DNA of 64,000 nt, from assembly GCA_963817955.1 (NCBI GenBank), contig CAWFQK010000004.1, forward strand, positions 1,647,991 to 1,711,990, read 5' to 3'. The position numbers and the translations under genes are program-made. The notes beneath the pieces were generated by a model. The model searched no databases. It was given only the letters and a program-made list of their open reading frames with translations, and was not told the DNA's origin. Positions 1 to 9,303 of this stretch are shown one piece after another; position 1 is the stretch's first letter; the number at the start of each line of letters is the position of its first letter. This DNA is from an uncultured Gemmatimonadaceae bacterium. Its GTDB lineage: Bacteria; Gemmatimonadota; Gemmatimonadetes; Gemmatimonadales; Gemmatimonadaceae.

Positions 1-1107
1 TACGTCGCGGCCAGCGAATGTCTCGGGTAGCGAAAGGGCGAGCACCATGGACAGTGCACCGCGCAGGCCCCCCCAGGTCAGAACGGCAGCCCAACTCCAT
101 GGCATGCGCTTTCTGACCGTTCGCTGCCCGGCAAAGAGCAGCAGCACGATGATGGCTCGAGCCACGAGCATGGCGACAAAGGCCGCCGCGATCTCGCGCC
201 CAACGTGCAGCAACGACGCCGGCCGGAACTCGAAGCCAATGAGAAGGAAGACGATCGAGTTGAGTGCGAACCCGACATATTCCCAGAAGCTCTCGACCGC
301 CGCCCGCGACGCCGGGGACATCCCCAAGTCGCGCCCCTGGCGCGCACAGCACATTCCGGCGACGACCGTCGCCAGCACGCCCGAGACTCCGAGCGCGTCG
401 GCGAGCACGAACGATCCGTAAGCGGCGATCATCGTGAGCGCGATTTCGATCATTGGCGCATCGATGTGGCGGATCATCCGAGCGATGCCGAATCCGGACG
501 CCAACCCGATCAGAACGCCGCCGCCGGCGATGAGAATGAACTGGACCGATATCCACTGGGTCGATGATGCGGCACTGCTTCCCGTGAGCAGGGACAGCAC
601 GAGCGTGAGCAGGACGATGCCCGTGCCGTCATTGAACAAGCTCTCTGACTCCACCAGCGCGGCGAGATCGGAGGGTGCTTTGACTTCTCTGAATAGCGCC
701 GTCACGGCGACGGGATCGGTAGCCGCGACGAGTGCACCGAACACTACGCCGAAGCGCCAGTCGATCGCCGATGCGCCGGTCATGACGCGGATCAGCCCAC
801 CGAACACGGCAGCGGTTGCCAACATGCCAATGATCACGCCGGGAACGGCGAGGGCGATCGTGCTTTTCCAGACGCGGCGGAAGGCGTCGAGATCCAGATG
901 AAATGCAGACTCGAACAGCAGCCCGGGCAGGAAGAACGTAAAGAGCAGTTCTTTCGTGAGTCGCGGCGGACTGACGAGGCCGAGCGCTCCAATGGCCAGC
1001 CCGGTGACGACCAGTGCAACTGTGTACGGAATCCGGACGCGGCGCACGGCAACGGCGACGGCGGTGGCGACGCAGAATAGGAGAACGAGCGTGCTGGCCG
1101 GATTCAT
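1..1107 (-). CDS. CPA1-family Na+/H+ antiporter (3' end runs off the window)
   Basis: Not in the ORF track. Manual minus-strand translation from ATG 1107 gives MNPASTLVLLFCVATAV..., with FLPGLLFESA, ALVESESLFNDGT and LTWGGLRGALSMVLALSLP motifs, in frame to base 1. Confidence 0.9.
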   Translation of the reverse strand, partial: MNPASTLVLLFCVATAVAVAVRRVRIPYTVALVVTGLAIGALGLVSPPRLTKELLFTFFLPGLLFESAFHLDLDAFRRVWKSTIALAVPGVIIGMLATAAVFGGLIRVMTGASAIDWRFGVVFGALVAATDPVAVTALFREVKAPSDLAALVESESLFNDGTGIVLLTLVLSLLTGSSAASSTQWISVQFILIAGGGVLIGLASGFGIARMIRHIDAPMIEIALTMIAAYGSFVLADALGVSGVLATVVAGMCCARQGRDLGMSPASRAAVESFWEYVGFALNSIVFLLIGFEFRPASLLHVGREIAAAFVAMLVARAIIVLLLFAGQRTVRKRMPWSWAAVLTWGGLRGALSMVLALSLPETFAGRDV

Positions 1108-1361
1108 TGAGCGAATGTCGTCGAACGGCACATACGCGAATTACACCGCTCGAGCCATTCGAGAAACCGATGCATGCATGGGAATCTAATTGACCCTGCT
1201 TTTGCGCGGCCGCTCGTTCCGTCTTGCCTCGGCGCGCCGACTACGACTTATTGTAAAGGCAACCTTTGCAGTCGACCCGGCGGCCGGCGTCGAACTCCTC
1301 CAACGTCTCGTATCGTGCCGCTCGCCGCGCTTCACACGCTGTGTGTCATGGGTGTTCTCGC

Positions 1362-2615
1362 GTGAAGGGCACCTTCCGTTCGCTGAACAGCTACAACTAT
1401 CGGTTGTGGGCCGGCGGCGCGCTCGTGTCCAACGTGGGCACATGGATGCAGCGCGTCGCGCAGGACTGGATCGTGCTCACCCAGCTCACGCACCAGAGCG
1501 CGACGGCCGTCGGCATCGTGATGTCGCTCCAGTTCGGGCCGCAGATCCTCTTTCTGCCGGTGACCGGTTTCGCAGCCGATCACCTGGACCTGAGAAAGCT
1601 GCTGATCGCCACGCAGGCGGCGATGGGCGCACTCGCGTTGGGCCTCGGCATCCTCACCGTTGCTGGTCTCGTCCAGCTCTGGCACGTGTACGTGTTCGCC
1701 TTCCTGCTCGGCTGCGTCACCGCATTCGACGCGACGGCACGCCAGACGTTCGTCTCGGAGCTCGTCGCCGATGTCGACCTGTCGAACGCCGTGGCACTGA
1801 ACTCGACGTCGTTCAACGCGGCGAGAATGATCGGCCCCGCGATCGCGGGCGTCCTCATCTCGGTCGTGGGATCTGGATGGGTCTTCCTGATCAACGCGGC
1901 GTCATTCGTCGCCGTGATCGGCTCGCTCGCGTTCCTTCGGAAGGAGGAGCTGCACAGGAAGGCCCGTGCGCCGCGAACCCCGGGCAGCATGGTCGAGGGA
2001 TTTCGCTATGTGTGGAAGCGACCAGATCTCAAGGCTGTGCTCCTCATGTTCTTTCTGATCGGAACATTCGGATTCAACTTTCCGATCTTCATCTCGACCA
2101 TGTCCGTCACGGTGTTCCATGCCGGCGCGCATCAGTACGGCCTGTTGACGTCGGTCATGGCGATGGGGTCGGTGGCCGGCGCGCTGCTGTCGGCTCGGCG
2201 CGAGAAACCGCGCGTCGAACTCCTGTTGACGGGCGCCGGGCTGTTCGGGCTGGGCGCGGGACTCGGCGCGATCATGCCCAACTATGTGCTGTTCGGAATG
2301 GCCCTCGCCCTCGTTGGTGTGTCGGCGCAAACGTTCAGCACGACGGCGAACGGCACGGTGCAGCTCTCCACCGAGCCCGTGATGCGGGGGCGCGTGATGG
2401 CGATCCTGCTCGCGGTGGCCATGGGCGGCACGCCCCTCGGTGCCCCGATCGTCGGGTGGGTGGCGGACCGATTCGGACCACGATGGGCACTCGCCGTGGC
2501 GGCGGGCGCCGGGTGGGCGGCGGTTCTGGTGGGACTTCACTACTTGACGAAGCATCGGCAGCTCCGTATGCACGTACACGCGGGGCGCATTCGGTTCAGT
2601 TTCGACAATCAATAA
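1362..2615 (+). CDS. MFS transporter (MFS_3/H+ antiporter-like)
   Basis: Multi-TM protein with FRSLNSYNYRLW..SNVGTWMQRVAQDW, GFAADHLDLRKLL and MRGRVMA motifs. Probable GTG start 1362; ORF open from 1266. Confidence 0.9.
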   Translation: MKGTFRSLNSYNYRLWAGGALVSNVGTWMQRVAQDWIVLTQLTHQSATAVGIVMSLQFGPQILFLPVTGFAADHLDLRKLLIATQAAMGALALGLGILTVAGLVQLWHVYVFAFLLGCVTAFDATARQTFVSELVADVDLSNAVALNSTSFNAARMIGPAIAGVLISVVGSGWVFLINAASFVAVIGSLAFLRKEELHRKARAPRTPGSMVEGFRYVWKRPDLKAVLLMFFLIGTFGFNFPIFISTMSVTVFHAGAHQYGLLTSVMAMGSVAGALLSARREKPRVELLLTGAGLFGLGAGLGAIMPNYVLFGMALALVGVSAQTFSTTANGTVQLSTEPVMRGRVMAILLAVAMGGTPLGAPIVGWVADRFGPRWALAVAAGAGWAAVLVGLHYLTKHRQLRMHVHAGRIRFSFDNQ

Positions 2616-2624
2616 ATTTTCACA

Positions 2625-4205
2625 ATGCGGGCCATGCTTACACTCCGGTCACACATGCGCGGATACGGCGCGATCGCCGCGCTGCTCGGATTCCTCACGC
2701 TGGCGGCAGTTCCCGCCGCGGCGCAGCGTCTCGATCCCATCCTCTACACGGTCAGCATTCCCGCGGCTGAAACACACGTTGCCGTCGTCGAGGCGCGCGT
2801 GCCGACGTCGAATCGGGCCACGGTGGAGTTGATGATGCCCGTGTGGTCGCCCGGGTACTATGTGAGAGAGGATTATGCGCAGCGCGTGCTGCACGTCGTC
2901 GCGCGATCGCCGAATGGCGACTCGCTGGCGATCGAGCAACCGCAGCCGAACCATTGGCGCATTCGCACGGGCGGGGCCGCCACGATCACCCTCCGCTACG
3001 AATTGCAGTGCGGCGTACGCTCCGTGACGGGGAATTGGGTCGGCACCGACATGGCGGTGTTGAACGGCGCTCCAACCTTCATCACGCTACTCGAGCATAC
3101 GCAGCGGCCGCACGACGTTCACCTCGTCTTGCCAGCGTCGTGGCACCAGAGTGCAACGTCACTCGCCGCCGCCACCGACCACGCACCGAATCACTATGTC
3201 GCGGCGGGGTATGACGAGCTGGTCGACTCGCCAATCGTGATGGGCAACATCTCGGTACACGAGTTCGAGGTCGCGGGCGCCAAGCACACGCTCGCCGACA
3301 TTGGCGACGTTCCCGCGACGTGGAACGGGCAGCTCGCTGCGGACAACCTCGAGAAGATCGCACAGGCGAACGCGCGTTTCTGGGGCTTCCTGCCGTTCAC
3401 CAAGTACGTCTTCCTGAACGTGTTTCGACAGGGCGGCGGAGGGCTGGAGCATCTCAACTCCACGCTGCTCACGTCGAGCCCGCGCTCGGAGAACGGCGGC
3501 AACCAACGCTGGCTGGAGTATGTGGCGCACGAGTATTTTCATGCGGAAAACGTGAAGCGCTTGCGTCCGGTCGAGTTGGGACCGTTCGACTACGAGCACC
3601 CGCCGGCCACCGCAAGCCTCTGGCTCTCGGAAGGCGTGACGTCCTATTACGGCGACCTGCTCGTCACGCGATCGGGCATCGACGCGCCGCGCGATTTTCT
3701 TGCGTCGCTTTCCAAGGACATCACGTCACTCCAGACGTCACCCGGGCGGTTGGTCCAGACGCTGGAGCAGGCGTCGCTCGGAATCTTTGCCACCGGTGGA
3801 TCGGGCGTTGGCGGCGACCGCAATAGCACGGTGAGCTACTACGTGAAGGGATGCGTGCTCGGATGGTTGCTCGACGCGCGCATCCAGCACGCCACCAACG
3901 GGAGGAAGAGTTTCGACGACGTGATGCGATTGGCGTATCAGCGATTCGGTGGTGTGCATGGCTTCACACCTGAGGAGTTCGTCGCGGTCGCGTCGGAGGT
4001 GGCCGGAGCGGACCTCGCGCCGTTCTTCCACAAGTCGCTGCAGACAACCGACGAACTGGACTACTCCGAGGCGCTCGCCTGGTTCGGCTTACGCTTTTCG
4101 GCGTCGCCGGACCCGGCCAAAGCGTGGACGTTGGAAGAGCGTCCCGAGGCAACGCCGGCGCAGAAGGAGCACCTTGGCAGGTTGACGGCGGTCACTCTGA
4201 AGTAA
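2625..4205 (+). CDS. M61-family (glycyl aminopeptidase-like) metallopeptidase, secreted
   Basis: Signal peptide ending AAA-Q; MPVWSPGYY, GGGGLEH, AHEYFH, LWLSEGVTSYY and SYYVKG motifs; no C-terminal PDZ seen. Confidence 0.9.
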   Translation: MRAMLTLRSHMRGYGAIAALLGFLTLAAVPAAAQRLDPILYTVSIPAAETHVAVVEARVPTSNRATVELMMPVWSPGYYVREDYAQRVLHVVARSPNGDSLAIEQPQPNHWRIRTGGAATITLRYELQCGVRSVTGNWVGTDMAVLNGAPTFITLLEHTQRPHDVHLVLPASWHQSATSLAAATDHAPNHYVAAGYDELVDSPIVMGNISVHEFEVAGAKHTLADIGDVPATWNGQLAADNLEKIAQANARFWGFLPFTKYVFLNVFRQGGGGLEHLNSTLLTSSPRSENGGNQRWLEYVAHEYFHAENVKRLRPVELGPFDYEHPPATASLWLSEGVTSYYGDLLVTRSGIDAPRDFLASLSKDITSLQTSPGRLVQTLEQASLGIFATGGSGVGGDRNSTVSYYVKGCVLGWLLDARIQHATNGRKSFDDVMRLAYQRFGGVHGFTPEEFVAVASEVAGADLAPFFHKSLQTTDELDYSEALAWFGLRFSASPDPAKAWTLEERPEATPAQKEHLGRLTAVTLK

Positions 4206-4261
4206 CGGGCTGAGTTGGGCCAATTGTTGCTCGGCAATTCGAGCCAACAATGGGAGGTCAC

Positions 4262-4354
4262 ATGAGATTCATCACCGTATCAGCCTCGGTGCTGACGGCG
4301 TGCGCCTCGTCGCTCGCCGCGCAGAGGGAGCGGCGTTCCCAGCCGCCCCGGTGA
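4262..4354 (+). pseudogene. 30-aa ORF that is mostly a signal peptide; probable relic of an internally deleted gene
   Basis: GGGAGG RBS, then MRFITVSASVLTACASSLAAQRERRSQPPR*; its TGA overlaps the GTG of the next gene. Confidence 0.4.
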
Positions 4355-5604
4355 CGACCGCCGTCGGTGAGGTAGAGAGAGCGCCCACTCTCGGCCACCG
4401 GGTAAACCGGCGGTGGTTGACACTCATCGGCGTAGTGGCCGTGCTCGCCATCGGCGGCCTGTGGTGGCGCTCACGCCCCGCCCCGGTCCGCTATGTCACC
4501 GCGCCCGTGACGCGCGGCCCGATCATCCGCGGCGTCATCGCGACGGGCGCGGTGAACCCAGTGGTCACGGTACAGGTGGGCGCATTCGTATCAGGCACGA
4601 TCCAGGCACTGTACTGCGACTACAACACTCAGGTGAAAGCGAATCAGTTGTGCGCCAAGATCGACCCGCGCACCTATCAGCAGACCGTCGACCAGAACGC
4701 CGCCGCGCTGGAGAGTGCGAGAGCGCAGCTCCAGAAGGATCAGGCCGCGCTCTCGTACGCAAGCATCAACTACGACCGCGACGCCCAACTCCTGGTCAAG
4801 GGCGTTGTCTCGCAGGACCAGGTCGACACCGACAAGAGCGCGCTTGGCCAGGCAAGGGCCGCGGTCGCGCTCGACGTCGCAACGATCGGCGAGCGCGTGG
4901 CCACGCTCAAGGTGGCGCAGGTCAACCTTCAGTACACCAACATCGTTTCCCCCGTCAATGGCACTGTCATCTCGCGCAACGTTGACGTGGGTCAGACGGT
5001 CGCGGCGAGCTTCCAGACGCCAATGCTGTTTCTCATAGGAAAGGATCTCACGCGCATGCAGGTGGACGCCAGCGTGAGTGAATCGGACATCGGCGCGGTG
5101 GCCGTGGGCCAGCAGGCGACGTTCACGGTCGAGGCGTATCCAAACCGCGAGTTCGTGGGGCGCATCACGCAGGTTCGCCGAGCTCCAATCACCGTGCAGA
5201 ACGTGGTCACGTACGATGTGGTGATTGCCGTCGACAACCCCGACCTGGTTCTGCTGCCGGGGATGACGGCAAACACGCGCATCGTGACAGCGCGCCGTGA
5301 CGGCGTCCTGCGCATTCCACTCCAGGCCACGCGCTACACTCCCGGCGGCGTGGGAAAGGGGGGCGCCACACCCCAGCGCGCCGGAGCAAGTTCGCAGCAT
5401 ACCGTCTGGGTGCTCCGCGCCGGCCAAGCAGTCAAGGTGCCAGTGACCACCGGGTTGGACGACGGCACGCTCGTCGAGGTAGTCCGCGGCGACCTGGCTG
5501 TCGGTGAGCAGGTCATCACGGGCGAGGCCGGAACCGGAGCTGGAGCTGGAGCCAGAGCCGGGACGCGCCCGACGGCCCCCGGAACACCGACGCCGCGCTT
5601 GTAA
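4351..5604 (+). CDS. MacA-like periplasmic adaptor (membrane fusion protein)
   Basis: N-terminal TM, VQVGAFVSGTI, IVSPVNGTVISRNVDVGQTVAASFQTP, LLPGMTA. ORF open from 4300; GTG 4351 preferred. Confidence 0.9.
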   Translation: MTTAVGEVERAPTLGHRVNRRWLTLIGVVAVLAIGGLWWRSRPAPVRYVTAPVTRGPIIRGVIATGAVNPVVTVQVGAFVSGTIQALYCDYNTQVKANQLCAKIDPRTYQQTVDQNAAALESARAQLQKDQAALSYASINYDRDAQLLVKGVVSQDQVDTDKSALGQARAAVALDVATIGERVATLKVAQVNLQYTNIVSPVNGTVISRNVDVGQTVAASFQTPMLFLIGKDLTRMQVDASVSESDIGAVAVGQQATFTVEAYPNREFVGRITQVRRAPITVQNVVTYDVVIAVDNPDLVLLPGMTANTRIVTARRDGVLRIPLQATRYTPGGVGKGGATPQRAGASSQHTVWVLRAGQAVKVPVTTGLDDGTLVEVVRGDLAVGEQVITGEAGTGAGAGARAGTRPTAPGTPTPRL

Positions 5605-5637
5605 CGAAACGTCGCCCACTCACCGATCGAGGAGCCA

Positions 5638-7722
5638 ATGGCACAACCGGTCATCGACGTCCGCGCGCTCACGAAGGTGTTCGCACTCGGCGGCACGGAG
5701 ACCCGAGCGCTGGACGGCGTCACGCTCTCCGTGAGCCCCGGCGAGTTCATCGCTATCATGGGCGCGTCGGGGTCGGGCAAGTCAACGCTCATGAACATTC
5801 TGGGATGCCTCGATCGCCCCACGAGCGGGCAATACTTCCTCGAGGGCGTCGACATCGCGACGCTCGCCGAGCCGGCGCTGGCCGCCATCCGGAGCACCCG
5901 CATCGGATTTGTATTCCAGAACTTCAATCTGCTCCCGCGAACGAGCGCACTCGAGAACGTGCTGCTCCCGCTCTTCTACAGCGCGCCCCGCGGCGACGCG
6001 ACCGTCCGGGCCCGCGGCGCGCTTGCCGCCCTCGGCCTGGCGAACCGCGAGGCCAACGCGCCGAGCCAGTTGTCGGGAGGACAGCAGCAGCGCGTCGCCA
6101 TCGCCCGTGCCCTGATCAACGATCCGGCGATCCTGCTCGCCGACGAGCCGACAGGCAACCTCGACTCGAAGACCGCCGCGGACATCATGACCACGCTCCG
6201 CGCGCTCAACCGCGAGCGGCGGCTGACCGTCGTACTCGTCACGCACGAGCCGGACATGGCGGCCTTCACCGACCGGATCGTCACGATGCGCGATGGCAAG
6301 ATCGTCTCCGACGTGCCCAACGTGGCGCAGGTGCCGGCCTCGGCGCCCGATGCGGAGGGCGTCGCCGCGCCGGCCATTCCGGCCCCGGCCGCTCCGTCCA
6401 CCGCGACACCGCTCACCGCGTTCACGCGTATGGCACTGGTCGCCGCGTGGCGGGCGATCGCCCGGAACGGCATGCGCTCCGCGTTGACGATGCTCGGAAT
6501 CTTCATCGGCGTCGCCGCACTCATCGCAATGGTGGCGGTCGGGCAAGGAGCCAACGCCGCCGTCAAGGCGCAGATCGAAGCGCTCGGTACCAATTTGCTC
6601 GTGGTCCAACCCGGCGCGACGACCGCGGGCGGCGTGCGCGCCGGGTTCGGCAGCGCGTCGACACTCCGAACCACCGATGCCGACGCGATCAAAAAGGACG
6701 ATCCCGCCGTGGCCGACGTCGCGTATCAGATCCGCCAGGTGGCCCAGGTGCAGAGCGGCGACCAGAACTGGTCCACGGGCATTCAGGGCGTGACGCCGAG
6801 CTATCTCTCCATTCGGAACTGGCCGGTGGCCGCGGGCCGCGCGATCGACGATGAGGACATGCAGAACGGCGCGCGCGTGGCGCTGCTCGGGCAATCGGTG
6901 GTCAAGAATCTCTTCGGCGAACAATCCAACCCGATCGACGCCACAATTCTGATCAAGGGCGTTCCCCTCCAGGTGATCGGCGTGTTGTCGGCGAAGGGAC
7001 AGACGGGATTCGGCCAGGATCAGGACGACGTCGTACTCATTCCCTTCTCCACCGCCGAACAGAAGGTGCTCGGCGTGTCGGCGCCCGCGACCAGCGGGAC
7101 CGCCGCCGGCCAGACATACCCTGCGCCGCCGAATCCTTTCGGAATGCGGCCCAAGCTCACGGGCTACGTCAGCACCATCTACGTCCAGGCCGTCAGCACC
7201 GCCGCCATCCCGAATGCGCTGGCACAGGTCACGGCCACACTCAGACGGCAGCACGACATCCAGCCCGGCGCGGCGGACGACTTCGGCGTGCGGAACATGA
7301 GCGACATCACGCAGGCCGCCGAGGGGAGCAGCCAGGTCATGGCAATGTTGCTCGCCACCGTCGCCTCGATCTCGCTGCTCGTCGGCGGTATCGGAATCAT
7401 GAACATCCTGTTGGTGTCGGTCACGGAGCGTACCCGCGAGATCGGCATTCGTATGGCTGTCGGAGCACGCCGGCTTCAGGTACTGCTCCAGTTCCTCGTC
7501 GAATCGATTCTGCTCAGCGCCGGCGGCGGGGCTGCCGGCATCGTCATTGGCGTGGTGCTGTCGAAGGTGATCTCCGTCGTCGCGGGGTGGCCCACCGCCC
7601 TATCGCCTGTGGCGATCATCGGCGCGTTCTTCTTCTCTGCTGCCGTGGGGATCTTCTTCGGCTATCATCCCGCGCGCAAAGCATCGCGGCTCAATCCCAT
7701 CGAGGCCCTGCGGTATGAGTGA
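5638..7722 (+). CDS. macB: MacB-like ABC transporter, fused ATPase and permease
   Basis: GASGSGKS, LSGGQQQR, ILLADEPTG; VTERTREIGIRMAVGA and PARKASRLNPIEALRYE FtsX-type tail. Confidence 0.9.
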   Translation: MAQPVIDVRALTKVFALGGTETRALDGVTLSVSPGEFIAIMGASGSGKSTLMNILGCLDRPTSGQYFLEGVDIATLAEPALAAIRSTRIGFVFQNFNLLPRTSALENVLLPLFYSAPRGDATVRARGALAALGLANREANAPSQLSGGQQQRVAIARALINDPAILLADEPTGNLDSKTAADIMTTLRALNRERRLTVVLVTHEPDMAAFTDRIVTMRDGKIVSDVPNVAQVPASAPDAEGVAAPAIPAPAAPSTATPLTAFTRMALVAAWRAIARNGMRSALTMLGIFIGVAALIAMVAVGQGANAAVKAQIEALGTNLLVVQPGATTAGGVRAGFGSASTLRTTDADAIKKDDPAVADVAYQIRQVAQVQSGDQNWSTGIQGVTPSYLSIRNWPVAAGRAIDDEDMQNGARVALLGQSVVKNLFGEQSNPIDATILIKGVPLQVIGVLSAKGQTGFGQDQDDVVLIPFSTAEQKVLGVSAPATSGTAAGQTYPAPPNPFGMRPKLTGYVSTIYVQAVSTAAIPNALAQVTATLRRQHDIQPGAADDFGVRNMSDITQAAEGSSQVMAMLLATVASISLLVGGIGIMNILLVSVTERTREIGIRMAVGARRLQVLLQFLVESILLSAGGGAAGIVIGVVLSKVISVVAGWPTALSPVAIIGAFFFSAAVGIFFGYHPARKASRLNPIEALRYE

Positions 7723-9220
7723 CGCGCGCTTCGCCCTGAATCGACATGTACGGCTCGCACTCGCCGCGGGTGCGCTGGTCGTACAATCGTGTCGAACGGG
7801 GCCGGATTTCGTGCCGCCCGCGCCTCCTGTCGCGCCACGCTACGCCGAGGCGATCGCCGCACTGCGTGCCCCGATCGACAGCGCGGGGCAGCACTTGGAG
7901 TTGGGGCAGACGGTGCCGCTCCAGTGGTGGGAAGCGTTCAACTCTCCGGAGCTGAACGCGGTCGTGAGCCAGGCGGTCGCAAGCAGTCTGACACTCGCCT
8001 CCGCGCAGGCGAGCCTCGCCCAGGCCCGCGAAGTCTTGAACCAGGCGAGCGGTGGTCGCTATCCGAGCGTGGACGCCTCGGCGACCGCGGAGCGCCAGCA
8101 GAGCAGCGCCGGAGGCATCAGTGGCGCTCCGCGGCGGACAACGAACATCTTCTCAATCGGCGCGACGGTGAGCTATCCCATGGACCTGTTCGGGGGAATC
8201 CGCCGGTTCGTTGAAGAGCAGGCGGCGTTCGCCGAAGAAGCGCGGTACACTGTGGCGACGACATACCTCGCGGTGACGGGCAACGCCGTCGGCTTCGCCA
8301 TCACACTCGCGTCGCTCCGGGCGCAGATCGAGGCGCTCAACGAGATCCTTGCATACGACCAGCAGAACCTCGATCTGGTCCAGGCCAAGTTCACTGCTGG
8401 CAAGGCAGCGCGGATCGACGTGCTGAGCGCACTGACGCAACTCGAGAGCGATCGCGCGCTTCTCCCTCCCGTGCAGCAACAGTTGGCGACCGCCAGCCAC
8501 GCGCTGTCGGTACTCGTCGGACAGCTCCCGAGCGAGTGGTCGCCACCGCCGTTCGACCTCGCCAAGCTGGCGCTTCCGAGAGCACTGCCGGTGAGCATAC
8601 CGTCCAACCTGGTACACCAGCGCCCCGACATTCTCGCAGCGGAAGCACGCCTTCACGCGTCCGGCGCGGCGATCGGCGTAGCCGGAGCGCAGCTGTACCC
8701 GAACATGACCATCTCCGGTACCCTGGCGACACAGGCGGCGTCGACCTCAGGACTCTTCAAGGGGTCGAGCATTCTCTGGAACCTGATCGACGGGACCACG
8801 GCGCCGATCTTCCATGGCGGTGCGCTACGCGCCCAGGAGCGAGCCGCCGTCGACGCCTATGACGCCACGCTCGCGGTTTATCGTCAGACCACGCTCGCCG
8901 CCTTCCAGCAGGTTGCGGACGTTCTGAACACATTGGCGTTCGACAGACAGCTCGCAGACGCGCAGTCGCGGACACTCGCCACCTCGCGAGAGCTGTTGGG
9001 CCTTCAGCGGATAAGCTACGACGCGGGCAAGTCGAACATCCTGCAGCTCATCGACGCACAGCGCAGCTACCAGCAGTCGCGCCTGGCGCAGACGCGGGCC
9101 TTGGCCTCAGTCTACCAGGACGTCGCGCAATTGGCGGTCGCCATGGGGGGCGGCTGGTGGCAAGCCTCGGACGCCGACCTGCGCGACTGGGGGAGCGGCG
9201 AACCGCCGGGGCAGCCATAA
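7715..9220 (+). CDS. NodT/TolC-family outer-membrane efflux lipoprotein
   Basis: Lipobox-like VQSC, GPDFVPP, PSNLVHQRPDILAAEARL, AMGGGWW; overlaps macB stop. Confidence 0.9.
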   Translation: MSDARFALNRHVRLALAAGALVVQSCRTGPDFVPPAPPVAPRYAEAIAALRAPIDSAGQHLELGQTVPLQWWEAFNSPELNAVVSQAVASSLTLASAQASLAQAREVLNQASGGRYPSVDASATAERQQSSAGGISGAPRRTTNIFSIGATVSYPMDLFGGIRRFVEEQAAFAEEARYTVATTYLAVTGNAVGFAITLASLRAQIEALNEILAYDQQNLDLVQAKFTAGKAARIDVLSALTQLESDRALLPPVQQQLATASHALSVLVGQLPSEWSPPPFDLAKLALPRALPVSIPSNLVHQRPDILAAEARLHASGAAIGVAGAQLYPNMTISGTLATQAASTSGLFKGSSILWNLIDGTTAPIFHGGALRAQERAAVDAYDATLAVYRQTTLAAFQQVADVLNTLAFDRQLADAQSRTLATSRELLGLQRISYDAGKSNILQLIDAQRSYQQSRLAQTRALASVYQDVAQLAVAMGGGWWQASDADLRDWGSGEPPGQP

Positions 9221-9303
9221 GGACGCCAGTATGCCGCCGGCGGCCGACTCGTGTCGTACTTTCAAACACTTACCGACGCGCTGGAGCGAGAGCCGCCTCG
9301 TCG

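Noticed and set aside
1190..2770. Long alternative-frame and antisense ORFs (this one, 5782..7254, 51680..53014 and others)
   Set aside because: Arg/Ala/Pro-rich shadows of real genes, expected at high GC.
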